NCBI RefSeq assembly: GCF_030811475.1
Contig: NZ_JAUSQV010000001.1
Location: 3,920,880 to 3,952,879, forward strand
Length of the DNA: 32,000 bases
Source of the DNA: Nakamurella flavida
Lineage (GTDB): Bacteria; Actinomycetota; Actinomycetes; Mycobacteriales; Nakamurellaceae
Direction: 5' to 3'
A program made the position numbers and the translations under genes. A model generated the notes under the pieces. It ran no database searches. It saw nothing but the letters and a program-made list of their open reading frames with translations, and had not been told where the DNA came from. Of the stretch, positions 17,204-25,510 are shown one piece after another (within the stretch, counting starts at the first letter, position 1; each line of letters opens with the position of its first letter).

Positions 17204-17238
17204 CGCCCGCACCCTCGAACGCCACAGGGGTGCGGGCG
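17204..17238 (+). other. Intercistronic stem-loop between the permease gene and fgd
   Basis: CGCCCGCACCC (17204-17214) is the exact reverse complement of GGGTGCGGGCG (17228-17238), with a 13-nt loop. It begins 7 nt after the permease stop. There is no U-tract. Confidence 0.4.
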
Positions 17239-17265
17239 GGCCGTCGCAACGGGCAGGATCGGGTC

Positions 17266-18267
17266 ATGGGACTTCGTCTGGGGTACAAGGCATCGGCCGA
17301 GCAGTTCGGGCCGGTGGATCTGCTGCGCTACACGGTGGCGGCCGAGGAGAACGGCTTCGACTCGGTCTTCACCTCCGACCACCTGCAGCCCTGGCGGCAC
17401 GACGGCGGGCACGCCCCCGCCGCCCTGCCGTGGCTGGGCGCGGCCGGCGCCCGCACCGAACGGGTGATCCTCGGGACCTCCGTGCTGACGCCCACGTTCC
17501 GCTACCACCCGGGTGTCGTCGCCCAGGCCTTCGCCACCCTGGGCGTGCTGTACCCGGGGCGGATCATCCTGGGCATCGGGTCGGGGGAGTCGCTGAACGA
17601 GGTGCCGCTGGGCATCGAGTGGCCCGACGGCAAGGAGCGGTTCGCCCGGCTCAAGGAGGCGATCACGCTCATCAAGGAGCTGTGGTCGGGTGAGCGGGTC
17701 ACCTTCGACGGGCAGTTCTACCGGACGCAGAACGCCACCATCTACGACCGTCCGGACACCCCCGTGCCGATCTACATCGGCGCCTCGGGTCCGGCGGCGA
17801 CGCGGATGGCCGGCCGGGTGGGCGACGGGTTCATCACCACCTCCGGCAAGCCCGAGACGCTGTATCGCGACACGTTGATGCCGGCCCTGGCCGAGGGCGC
17901 CGTCAAGGCCGGTCGCACCCTGGACGACCTGGATCTGATGATCGAGATGAAGGTGTCGTTCGATCCGGATCTCGACCGGGCCCGGGAGGACACCCGCTAC
18001 TGGGCGGCGCTGGCGCTCAGCGCCGAGGAGAAGATGGGCGTGGAGGACCCGATCGAGATGCAGCGGCTGTCCGATGCGCTGCCGGTGGAGCGCGCGCAGT
18101 CCCGGTGGATCGTCTCGTCCGATCCCGACGAGCACGTGGAGAAGATCAGGACGTACCTCGACCTGGGCTTCCGGCATCTGGTGTTCCACGCCCCGGGTCC
18201 GGATCAGGAGCGCTTCCTGAAGATCTACGGCGAGCAGGTCCTGCCGCGTCTGCGCGCCCTCGCGTGA
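17266..18267 (+). CDS. fgd: F420-dependent glucose-6-phosphate dehydrogenase family protein (luciferase-like monooxygenase fold)
   Basis: From ATG 17266: MGLRLGYKASAEQFGP...SDHLQPWRHDGGHAP...GTSVLTPTFRYHPGVVAQAFATLG...WIVSSDPDEHVEKI...LVFHAPG. It appears collinear along its length with mycobacterial Fgd1 as I remember that sequence. Confidence 0.82.
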   Translation: MGLRLGYKASAEQFGPVDLLRYTVAAEENGFDSVFTSDHLQPWRHDGGHAPAALPWLGAAGARTERVILGTSVLTPTFRYHPGVVAQAFATLGVLYPGRIILGIGSGESLNEVPLGIEWPDGKERFARLKEAITLIKELWSGERVTFDGQFYRTQNATIYDRPDTPVPIYIGASGPAATRMAGRVGDGFITTSGKPETLYRDTLMPALAEGAVKAGRTLDDLDLMIEMKVSFDPDLDRAREDTRYWAALALSAEEKMGVEDPIEMQRLSDALPVERAQSRWIVSSDPDEHVEKIRTYLDLGFRHLVFHAPGPDQERFLKIYGEQVLPRLRALA

Positions 18268-18995
18268 GCGGCGTCCCGCCGCTGATCGGGCTGGCCCACG
18301 GCAGTCGGGACCCCCGCGCCGCCGAGACCATCGAGGCGGTGATGGCCGCGGTGGCGGAGCTGCGACCGGGTCTGGTCACCCGACCCGCCTACCTCGACCT
18401 GATGGAACCCGACCTCGGACAGGCCGTGGTTGCGTTGCAGCAGGAGGGGGAGCTGGCGCGGGCCGTGGTGCTCCCGCTGCTGTTCACCCAGGCCTTCCAC
18501 GCCACGGTGGACACGCCGACCGCGGTCGGTGAGGTGACCGGCGAGACCGGGGTGGAGCTGCTCGTCGGCGACATCCTCGGCATGGGGGACGAGGTGCTGG
18601 CCGCGCTGCGGGCCGCTGCCCGCACCGCCGACGTCCCGGACGACGCCGCGATCCTGCTCTTGGCGGTCGGCTCCAGCGTGCAGAGCGCCAACGACGCCGT
18701 GCACGATCTGGCCGGCCGGTGGGCCGCGCTGCGGACCGGGCCGGTGTGGGCGGGGTTTGCCACCGCCGGCCAGCCCAAGGCCGCGGCCGTCCTCGAGCAG
18801 GTGGGGGAGCACGCAGTCACCACCGACACCCCCGTCGTGGTGGTGCCGCTGTTCCTGGCTCCGGGGCTGCTGCTGGACGCCACCGTCCGCCGCGCCCGCG
18901 ACCTCGCCGGGGACGTCCCGGTGCTGATCACCGAGCCGTTGGGCACCACGTTGGCGGGGTTGGTGCTGGCCCGGTACGACGCGGTCGCCGGCTGA
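18264..18995 (+). CDS. cbiX: Sirohydrochlorin chelatase (CbiX/SirB type, two-module)
   Basis: GTG 18264 overlaps the fgd TGA (GTGA). The N-terminal module is LIGLAHGSRDPRAAE...LPLLFTQAFH. The second module is LLLAVGSSVQSAND...VPLFLAPGLL. Siroheme is the sulfite reductase cofactor, so the context fits. Confidence 0.78.
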   Translation: MSGVPPLIGLAHGSRDPRAAETIEAVMAAVAELRPGLVTRPAYLDLMEPDLGQAVVALQQEGELARAVVLPLLFTQAFHATVDTPTAVGEVTGETGVELLVGDILGMGDEVLAALRAAARTADVPDDAAILLLAVGSSVQSANDAVHDLAGRWAALRTGPVWAGFATAGQPKAAAVLEQVGEHAVTTDTPVVVVPLFLAPGLLLDATVRRARDLAGDVPVLITEPLGTTLAGLVLARYDAVAG

Positions 18996-19125
18996 CCGCT
19001 CGACCCGGCTGGGCTTCACCGAGGGGCAACCGAACGTAATGATCTGATCACTGTCAGGCATTCCCGGGGTGGTCGTCCGTCCGTTCTCCCGAGAGGGTGC
19101 CCTGGCCCTTCCGGGAGATCCGATC

Positions 19126-22100
19126 GTGAAGACCCGTCGCCGACCGACCTTGCCCGGCGCCCTGGCCGTCCTGCTGCTGGTGGGCGGTCTGGTGCTGGCG
19201 CCGCCCCTCGCCGGGGCCGCCTCCGCCGCGCCGGGCGACGTCGTCGACTCCGGCCCGGGCTGGACCATCACCGAGACCGCCGACGGCTACCGCATCGAAC
19301 TCACCGTCGCCGATCCGCTCCCCGTCCGATCGGCCGAGGCCGGGCTCGAGGTGGACGGCGTCGACCTGACGTCCGTGTCGGTGTCCGCGGACCGACGCAG
19401 GGTGCAGGCGGAAACCCCCGACCCCGCCGTCCGGAACACCGACACCGTGGTGCTCACCTGGGACGGCGACCCCGCGGTCCAGGCCGCCGACGGGACAGCG
19501 GGCGACACCGCGCCGCCGGCGTCCGGTCCCGTGCTGGACGCCGACCCGGCCGTAGCCGGGCCGTACACCGTCGCCCGCGCCGACTACGACCTCGGTGACG
19601 AGGTCGAGGACCTGGCCGGTCTCGAGGGCCGGCGGGGCGAGATCCGCGGCGCCGTCTACTACCCCGCGGAGAAGACCACGGCCAGTCCGGTGGCGCTCTT
19701 CCTGCACGGTCGGCACACGGGCTGCGTCAGCGGACCCGAGCAGTGGCCGTGCACGGGTGGCGCATCCATCCCCAGCTATCTGGGCTACGACCAGCCCGCC
19801 CAGGCGCTGGCCAGCAACGGGGTGGTCGTGGTCTCGGTGTCCGCCGACGCGATCAACGTCCTCGACAACTTCGCCTCCGACGGGGGTACGCAGGCCCGGG
19901 GGCAGCTGGTCCTGGACACGCTGACCCGCCTCGCCCAGGCCGACACCGTCGGCGCGCCGGGCTTCGACCCGGTGCTCCGCGGCCGGCTCGACCTCACCCG
20001 GGTCGGCCTGATGGGCCACTCCCGGGGCGGCGCCGGCGTGGTGCGCGCGGCCCGGATGAACTCCCAGCTGGACCAGCCGTTCGGCATCCGGTCGGTCTTC
20101 CCGCTCGCCCCGACCAACCCCACCCGGGAGACCGCGCCCGGCGTGGCCACCGCGGTCCTGCTGCCCTACTGCGACGGGGACGTCAGCAGCCTGGACGGGC
20201 AGCACTTCGTCGACGACGCGCAGGGTGCCTTCGACGACTCCGTCCTGCGGACCTCGCTGCTGGTCATGGGGACCAACCACAACTACTTCAACACGATCTG
20301 GTCGCCGGGCGGCTTCTCCGTCGCCACGTCCGACGACTGGTCGTACGTGGACGAGGACCAGAGCAATCCGGTCTGCGGACAGAACGCACCCGGGCGGCTC
20401 GACCAGGCCGCCCAGCGGGCCGTGGGCACGGCCTACCTGTCCGGCTTCTTCCGCCTGACCCTGGCCGACGACACCCGGTTCCTTCCGCTGTTCGACGGTT
20501 CCCGGTCCACGGTGGCCTCGGCCCGGAACGCCGACGTGCGGGTGGCCGCGCAGGCCCCGGCGGACGACCGGATCGATCTCGCGCCGACCGCGTCCACGAC
20601 GCTCCTGGCTTCGGGGGTCCAGGCCGCGGTGTGCACCGGATCCGGCACCGCGGCGCTCTCGGCGGCCACGGCGTGCTCGACCCTGGCGCCCGACCAGGTG
20701 CCCCACTGGGGACCCGCGTGGAGCGCCGGTTCCCTGCCCACGTCCTCCGCCTTCCGGATGCGGTGGGACGCCGCCGGCGGCTCCCTGGACCTTCCGTTCG
20801 CGGTTGGTTCCCGCGACGTGTCCACCATGACCGATCTGACCTTCACGCTGGCGCCGGACGAGGCGGTGGCCGGCAGCACGGACGTCACGGCGGAGGTGTA
20901 CGACGGGACCGGGACGACCCGCTCGCTGGACCCCGCCCTCCTCGACGACGCCCTGCGGGTGCTGCCCGGAACCACCACCCCGCTGCGCCGGGTGGTGCTG
21001 CAGCAGGTGCGCGTGCCACTCAGCTCGCTGGCCGGCCTCGACCTGACCGACATCCGCGGGATCCGGTTCCGGTCGGGCACGGACACCGGCGGGGTGTACA
21101 TCGCGGACGTGGCCGCCACCCGCAGCAGCGTGGGACGGCCCGAGGTGCGCAAGCTGCCGACGCTGTCGCTGGCCCCGACCGGGGTCCGGCAGGTGGCCGC
21201 CACCCGGGCGGGCTCCCTGGCCGTGCTGCTGGACGAGCCCTCCCCCCGACCGGTGACGACCTGGATCGTCACGCACGCGCAGGCGGGCGTCTCGACCAGG
21301 ATCACGGCCACGACGAAGGTCACCGTCCCGGCCGGACAGCGGTGCGCGCCGGCCTCGTTCCCGGTGCCCGGCGCGGGAGAGGAGGGGGTGTCGGTGGCCC
21401 GGATCGACGCCGACGGCGGTCTGATCACCGCGGCCCTGCCCGGCATCGCCACCGCGGAGGTCACCGTCCAACCCGCCGACCTCGGTGACGACGGCCCGCA
21501 GGTGGGCGAGCAGGGTGACGTGTGCGCGGAGGCGCTCACGCCGATCGGGACCCTCGGGGTTCCCGGCGGGGAGCTGCGGCCGGGCGACGCCTTCACGGTG
21601 ACCGGATCAGGCTTCCGGGCCGGGGAGACGGTGACGCTGACCGTCCCGGGAGCCGCGGACGTGACCGCCCTGGCCGACGGGGACGGGGCCGTCCGCATCG
21701 CCGCCGCCGTCCCGGCGGATGCGTCCCCGGGTGCGGCGGAGGTCACCGCCGTGGGGTACGGCTCATCACTCCGTGCGACCGGGTCGATCACCGTCACCGC
21801 TGCGGCCCCGCCGACCAGCAGCGATCCGTCGACCAGCGATCCGGCCACCAGCGATCCGTCGACCAGTGACAGTTCGACCACGTCCGATCCGGCCACGTCC
21901 GATCCGGTCACCTCCGATCCGGCGACCTCGTCGACCACCACGACTCCGGTGGTGACCAGCACGGTCACCGCGGTGGTGGTGCCGGTGGTCCGGACGACCT
22001 CACGGGACGCCGCGGCCGTCCGGTCGGGGTCGCTGGCCCACACCGGGGTCGACGTCGGGGGTCTGATCTCGGCGGGCGTGCTGCTCATCGGGGCGGGCCT

Positions 22101-22146
22101 CACGGTGGTGGTCACCACGCGCCGTCGGACCCGCCGGGCGCACTAG
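19126..22146 (+). CDS. Cell-wall-anchored secreted alpha/beta hydrolase (lipase/polyesterase-like) with a C-terminal LAHTG sorting signal
   Basis: GTG 19126 with GGGAG 8 nt upstream. Signal peptide VKTRRRPTLPGALAVLLLVGGLVLAPPLAGAASA. Nucleophile elbow GHSRGG, with candidate Asp (YCDGDV) and His (GTNHNYF). An Ig-like segment and an SDPxT repeat linker follow. LAHTG (22033-22047) plus a hydrophobic helix and the RRRTRRAH tail form a sortase substrate signature. Confidence 0.85.
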   Translation: MKTRRRPTLPGALAVLLLVGGLVLAPPLAGAASAAPGDVVDSGPGWTITETADGYRIELTVADPLPVRSAEAGLEVDGVDLTSVSVSADRRRVQAETPDPAVRNTDTVVLTWDGDPAVQAADGTAGDTAPPASGPVLDADPAVAGPYTVARADYDLGDEVEDLAGLEGRRGEIRGAVYYPAEKTTASPVALFLHGRHTGCVSGPEQWPCTGGASIPSYLGYDQPAQALASNGVVVVSVSADAINVLDNFASDGGTQARGQLVLDTLTRLAQADTVGAPGFDPVLRGRLDLTRVGLMGHSRGGAGVVRAARMNSQLDQPFGIRSVFPLAPTNPTRETAPGVATAVLLPYCDGDVSSLDGQHFVDDAQGAFDDSVLRTSLLVMGTNHNYFNTIWSPGGFSVATSDDWSYVDEDQSNPVCGQNAPGRLDQAAQRAVGTAYLSGFFRLTLADDTRFLPLFDGSRSTVASARNADVRVAAQAPADDRIDLAPTASTTLLASGVQAAVCTGSGTAALSAATACSTLAPDQVPHWGPAWSAGSLPTSSAFRMRWDAAGGSLDLPFAVGSRDVSTMTDLTFTLAPDEAVAGSTDVTAEVYDGTGTTRSLDPALLDDALRVLPGTTTPLRRVVLQQVRVPLSSLAGLDLTDIRGIRFRSGTDTGGVYIADVAATRSSVGRPEVRKLPTLSLAPTGVRQVAATRAGSLAVLLDEPSPRPVTTWIVTHAQAGVSTRITATTKVTVPAGQRCAPASFPVPGAGEEGVSVARIDADGGLITAALPGIATAEVTVQPADLGDDGPQVGEQGDVCAEALTPIGTLGVPGGELRPGDAFTVTGSGFRAGETVTLTVPGAADVTALADGDGAVRIAAAVPADASPGAAEVTAVGYGSSLRATGSITVTAAAPPTSSDPSTSDPATSDPSTSDSSTTSDPATSDPVTSDPATSSTTTTPVVTSTVTAVVVPVVRTTSRDAAAVRSGSLAHTGVDVGGLISAGVLLIGAGLTVVVTTRRRTRRAH
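21820..21927 (+). repeat. In-frame 15-nt tandem repeat encoding (S-D-P-x-T)n linker
   Basis: Seven units, all inside the hydrolase CDS and in frame. They read AGCGATCCGTCGACC / AGCGATCCGGCCACC / AGCGATCCGTCGACC / an 18-nt variant / TCCGATCCGGCCACG / TCCGATCCGGTCACC / TCCGATCCGGCGACC. Confidence 0.8.
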
Positions 22147-23057
22147 CCCTCCGCCGGGGCCGGCTCCACCCGGGGCCGGCTCCGCCGCCGGGACAGCCCG
22201 ACGCCGACCAGGCACAGCGCCCCGCCGGCCAGCGCCAGCAGGGGCGGCACCTCGTCCAGCAGCACCAGCGACAGCAGGATCGTGATGGGCGGGACCACGT
22301 AGGTGGTGACGCCGAGCCGACCGGCGTCCATCCGGGCCAGGGCATAGGCCCAGGTGACGAAGGCCAGGGCGGTGGGCACCGCGCCCAGGTACACCACTCC
22401 GGCGATGGCGGACCCGGGGGCGTCGGCCAGGTCGCCGACGAGCTGCGGCAGGAACGGCAGGCAGGCCACCGCGCCGATCAGGCAGGCGGTGGCGGTCACC
22501 TGCAGGGCGGGAAGGCGGCGGAGCACCGGCTTCTGGGCCAGCACCCCGATCGCGTAGGTGACGGCCGCGACCAGAGCGAGACCGACGCCGGTGACATCCA
22601 CCGCGCCCGCCCGGCGGGTGGCCACACCCACGAGAACGGCGCCGGCGAAGGCCACGCCGGCCCCGATGACGAGCCACCGCGGAAATCCCTCGCGCAGCAG
22701 CCAGCCGGCCAGCACGGCGATGAGCACCGGCCCCACGCCCACGATCATCGCGGTGGTCCCGGCGTCCAGGTGCTGTTCGGCCGCATTCAGGGCCACGTTG
22801 TAGAGGGCGAACCAGGCCACCCCGCACACGACCAGCAGCAGCCATTCCCGGCGGGTCGGCCGCACCCACGCCCGGCGCAGCACGGTGATCGAGACCAGCA
22901 CGATCGCGCCGACCAGCAACCGGCCCAGGGCGAGGGACCCGGGCTCGAAGTCCCGACCCACGGCGCGGATGGCCACGAAGGCCGAGGCCCACGCGAGCAC
23001 GGTGATCACCACCGCCGTGGTCGTGCGGGCAGCGGGGGAGAGCACGACGGAGGGCAT
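22143..23057 (-). CDS. EamA/DMT-family transporter
   Basis: 304 aa from ATG 23057 (MPSVVLSPAARTTTAVVITVLAWASAFVAIR...), about ten TM helices in two EamA-like halves. Its stop overlaps the hydrolase stop on the palindrome CTAG. Confidence 0.85.
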   Translation of the reverse strand: MPSVVLSPAARTTTAVVITVLAWASAFVAIRAVGRDFEPGSLALGRLLVGAIVLVSITVLRRAWVRPTRREWLLLVVCGVAWFALYNVALNAAEQHLDAGTTAMIVGVGPVLIAVLAGWLLREGFPRWLVIGAGVAFAGAVLVGVATRRAGAVDVTGVGLALVAAVTYAIGVLAQKPVLRRLPALQVTATACLIGAVACLPFLPQLVGDLADAPGSAIAGVVYLGAVPTALAFVTWAYALARMDAGRLGVTTYVVPPITILLSLVLLDEVPPLLALAGGALCLVGVGLSRRRSRPRVEPAPAEG

Positions 23058-23125
23058 GGCACGACTCTCGCACCCCGCCCCGACACCGCCGTACACCGAC
23101 GGCCGCGTGGGGCACCATCACGGTC

Positions 23126-23770
23126 ATGACGCTGGACGCAGGACCGCCCACCCGGTGGGAGCAGGAGTACACCGGCCAGGACTGGGCGGACTACGCCGAC
23201 CGGTTCGCTCGCGAGTTCGCCGAGGGGGTCGATCACGACGGCGAGGCCCGTTTCCTGGATGTGCTCGCCCCGCGCGGCGCGGCGATCCTGGACGCCGGCT
23301 GCGGCACCGGGCGGGTGGCCGCCGGCCTGCACCGTCGTGGGCACCGGGTCGTCGGGGTGGACCGGGACGCCGGCCTGCTGGCCATCGCGGCCCGGCAGTA
23401 CCCGGAGGTGCGGTACCTGCGGGCCGACCTGGGGTCGGTGACCGCCGACGTGCTGCGCAGCGCCGGTGCGCCCGAGCGGTTCGACGTCGTGGCCGTCCCC
23501 GGCAACGTGATGGTGTTCCTCGCCCCGGGTAGCGAGCGCGACGTGTTGACGGCGCTGGCGACGCTGCTGGTGCCGGGTGGCCGGCTGGTCACCGGCTTCG
23601 CGACCGACCGCGTCTACCGCGTGGCCGACTTCGACGCCGACTGCGCCGCTGTCGGGCTCGTGCTGGAGCACCGCTTCGCCACCTGGCACCTGGACCCGTG
23701 GATGGACGACGCGGGCTGGGTGGTCAGCGTCCTGCGTGCACCGGCGGGCGCGGAGCCCGACCCCCTTTAG
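23126..23770 (+). CDS. Class I SAM-dependent methyltransferase
   Basis: 214 aa with motif I ILDAGCGTGRVAAGL and motif post-I VVGVDRD. The substrate is unknown. Confidence 0.85.
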   Translation: MTLDAGPPTRWEQEYTGQDWADYADRFAREFAEGVDHDGEARFLDVLAPRGAAILDAGCGTGRVAAGLHRRGHRVVGVDRDAGLLAIAARQYPEVRYLRADLGSVTADVLRSAGAPERFDVVAVPGNVMVFLAPGSERDVLTALATLLVPGGRLVTGFATDRVYRVADFDADCAAVGLVLEHRFATWHLDPWMDDAGWVVSVLRAPAGAEPDPL

Positions 23771-23781
23771 ACTGGCTTCCC

Positions 23782-24861
23782 GTGACCCTGACCCTCGGCA
23801 TCGTCGGCCTCCCCAACGTCGGCAAGTCCACCCTGTTCAACGCGCTGACCAAGGCCGACGTGCTGGCCGCGAACTATCCGTTCGCCACCATCGAGCCCAA
23901 TGTGGGCATCGTCCCGCTGCCGGATCCGCGGCTGGACAAGCTGGCCGAGCTGTTCGACTCGGTGAAGATCGTGCCGGCCGTGGTGTCGTTCGTGGACATC
24001 GCCGGCATCGTCAAGGGGGCCAGCGAGGGTGCCGGGCTGGGCAACAAGTTCCTGGCCACCATCCGCGAGGCCGACGCGATCTGCCAGGTCGTCCGCGTGT
24101 TCGCCGACGACGACGTGATCCACGTCGACGGCCGGGTGGATCCGATGGCCGACATCGAGACCATCAACACCGAGCTGATCCTGGCCGACATGCAGACGCT
24201 GGAGAAGGCGATCCCGCGGCTGGAGAAGGAAGCCCGGATGCAGAAGGACCGCCGCGCGGTCCTCGAGGTCGCCGTCGCCGCCCAGGCCGTCCTGGACTCC
24301 GGCCGGACGCTGTTCTCGGCGCAGAAGACGATCGACCTGGCCGTGCTCAAGGAGCTGTCGTTGATGACGACCAAGCCCTTCCTGTACGTGTTCAACGCCG
24401 ACGAGTCGGTGCTGACCGACGACGCCCGCAAGGCCGAGCTGAAGGCGGCCGTCGCCCCGGCCGACGCGGTATTCCTGGACGCCAAGGTCGAGTACGAGCT
24501 GCTGGAGCTGGACGACGAATCCGCCCTGGAGCTGCTCGAGTCCGTCGGCCAGGAGGAGCCGGGCCTGCACGCCCTGGCCCGCGCCGGCTTCCACACCCTG
24601 GGCCTGCAGACGTACCTGACCGCCGGGCCCAAGGAGTCGCGGGCCTGGACGATCAAGCAGGGCGCCACCGCCCCGCAGGCCGCCGGCGTCATCCACTCGG
24701 ACTTCGAGAAGGGCTTCATCAAGGCCGAGGTCATCTCCTACGACGACCTCGTCGCCGCCAAGACCATCGCCGCCGCCCGTTCCGCCGGCAAGGCCCGCAT
24801 CGAGGGCAAGGACTACGTCATGCACGACGGGGACGTGGTGGAGTTCCGCTTCAACGTGTGA
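23782..24861 (+). CDS. ychF: Redox-regulated ribosome-binding ATPase YchF
   Basis: GTG 23782. (V)TLTLGIVGLPNVGKSTLFNALT..., the YchF-type G domain, and the C-terminal TGS-like end DGDVVEFRFNV. Confidence 0.95.
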   Translation: MTLTLGIVGLPNVGKSTLFNALTKADVLAANYPFATIEPNVGIVPLPDPRLDKLAELFDSVKIVPAVVSFVDIAGIVKGASEGAGLGNKFLATIREADAICQVVRVFADDDVIHVDGRVDPMADIETINTELILADMQTLEKAIPRLEKEARMQKDRRAVLEVAVAAQAVLDSGRTLFSAQKTIDLAVLKELSLMTTKPFLYVFNADESVLTDDARKAELKAAVAPADAVFLDAKVEYELLELDDESALELLESVGQEEPGLHALARAGFHTLGLQTYLTAGPKESRAWTIKQGATAPQAAGVIHSDFEKGFIKAEVISYDDLVAAKTIAAARSAGKARIEGKDYVMHDGDVVEFRFNV

Positions 24862-24907
24862 AACGAGGGTGTTCATTGTGGTCAGAGGGCATGTGCGGTA
24901 TCTGCTT

Positions 24908-24929
24908 GTCCGCAGATAGTCCGCAAGAA
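24908..24929 (+). repeat. Left copy of a 22-bp direct repeat (iteron-like, two GTCCGCA half-sites 11 nt apart)
   Basis: GTCCGCAGATAGTCCGCAAGAA matches 26492-26513 at 21 of 22 positions. It lies 47 nt after the ychF stop, next to the integrase fragment. Confidence 0.7.
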
Positions 24930-24948
24930 TCTCGCTGGAAGCTGCGAC

Positions 24949-25236
24949 CATGAGGGCGTCGGCGGCACGTCGGGTGCGATCTTCTGCAGTCGGCCACAGG
25001 TGCGAGTAAGTCCCGAGGGTGGTCGTCGCAGACGCGTGGCCTAGGGCACGCTGCACCGTGACCACGTCGCAGCCGGCATCCCACAGGGGTTCAGGTGGCC
25101 GGGCGATGTGTCCCTCGCGAAGATGGCGGGCCGGTGCCAGGATGCAGACATGGTCGACGACACCGGCAAGGACAGTCAGATTTGGCTTGGCGAACGGCCG
25201 CCAACGTGGCAGATCGTCGGTTCCGTCGTCGGGGGC
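24949..25236 (-). pseudogene. Tyrosine recombinase (phage-type integrase) C-terminal fragment
   Basis: My hand translation of the minus strand gives ...ARHLREGHIARPPEPLWDAGCDVVTVQRALGHASATTTLGTYSHLWPTAEDRTRRAADAL. This is the LGH...T...Y.H catalytic-Tyr box of tyrosine recombinases. The frame is closed upstream by TAG at 25237-25239, so no N-terminal or core-binding domain remains. It has no stop of its own and runs on antisense through ychF. Confidence 0.6.
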
Positions 25237-25386
25237 CTACTTGCTTTCGCGAGCATCGCCTGGGGGATCGGCCACAGGCACTTCGCCGCAGCCACAGACA
25301 CCGTATTTTGGCTCGCGTGCCTCATGCTCGTACTACCCATACTGATCCCCCTGCCCAGGCTCATCCGTACCTGGCGCAAGCTCTGA
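25108..25386 (+). CDS. Possible small two-TM membrane protein (92 aa, or 78 aa from ATG 25150)
   Basis: Two clean hydrophobic helices, IVGSVVGGLLAFASIAWGIG and TVFWLACLMLVLPILIPLP, then a basic tail RLIRTWRKL. There is no obvious SD and the 5' part overlaps the integrase fragment on the other strand. Weak call. Confidence 0.35.
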   Translation: MSLAKMAGRCQDADMVDDTGKDSQIWLGERPPTWQIVGSVVGGLLAFASIAWGIGHRHFAAATDTVFWLACLMLVLPILIPLPRLIRTWRKL

Positions 25387-25510
25387 CTTGGCCGGGACAG
25401 GAACTCTCTCGGTTCGCCACGCTGTTCACGTAACCTCTGCCCTCCCGCTGCCCCTTCGGGCGTGTACCCGTTTTGATCACGAGGAACGAAAACGTGCGGA
25501 GGCAGTCCCG

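Noticed and set aside
17266-18267. Reading the luciferase-like gene next to a sulfonate-type ABC importer as SsuD (alkanesulfonate monooxygenase)
   Set aside because: The sequence follows Fgd1 motifs, as I remember them, along its length and not SsuD. The family call (true FGD versus FGD-family paralogue) still needs a profile search.
21820-21927. Regular short repeats that could suggest a CRISPR-like array
   Set aside because: The units are 15 nt, contiguous with no spacers, in frame inside a CDS, and encode an SDPxT linker.
19054-22118. 805-aa and 561-aa minus-strand ORFs and a 581-aa shifted plus ORF over the hydrolase gene
   Set aside because: The plus-strand frame from 19126 has a signal peptide, a catalytic motif, in-frame repeats and a sorting signal. 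The others are featureless Arg/Gly/Pro-rich artefacts.
22143-22146. 4-nt overlap of convergent genes on the palindrome CTAG (TAG stop on both strands)
   Set aside because: It is real but trivial, a coincidence of convergent stops with no hairpin or other signal attached.
23767-25065. 432-aa minus-strand ORF
   Set aside because: Only the first ~40 codons (integrase LGH...Y box) are meaningful. The rest is the antisense of ychF. I reported it as an integrase pseudogene fragment and not as a CDS.
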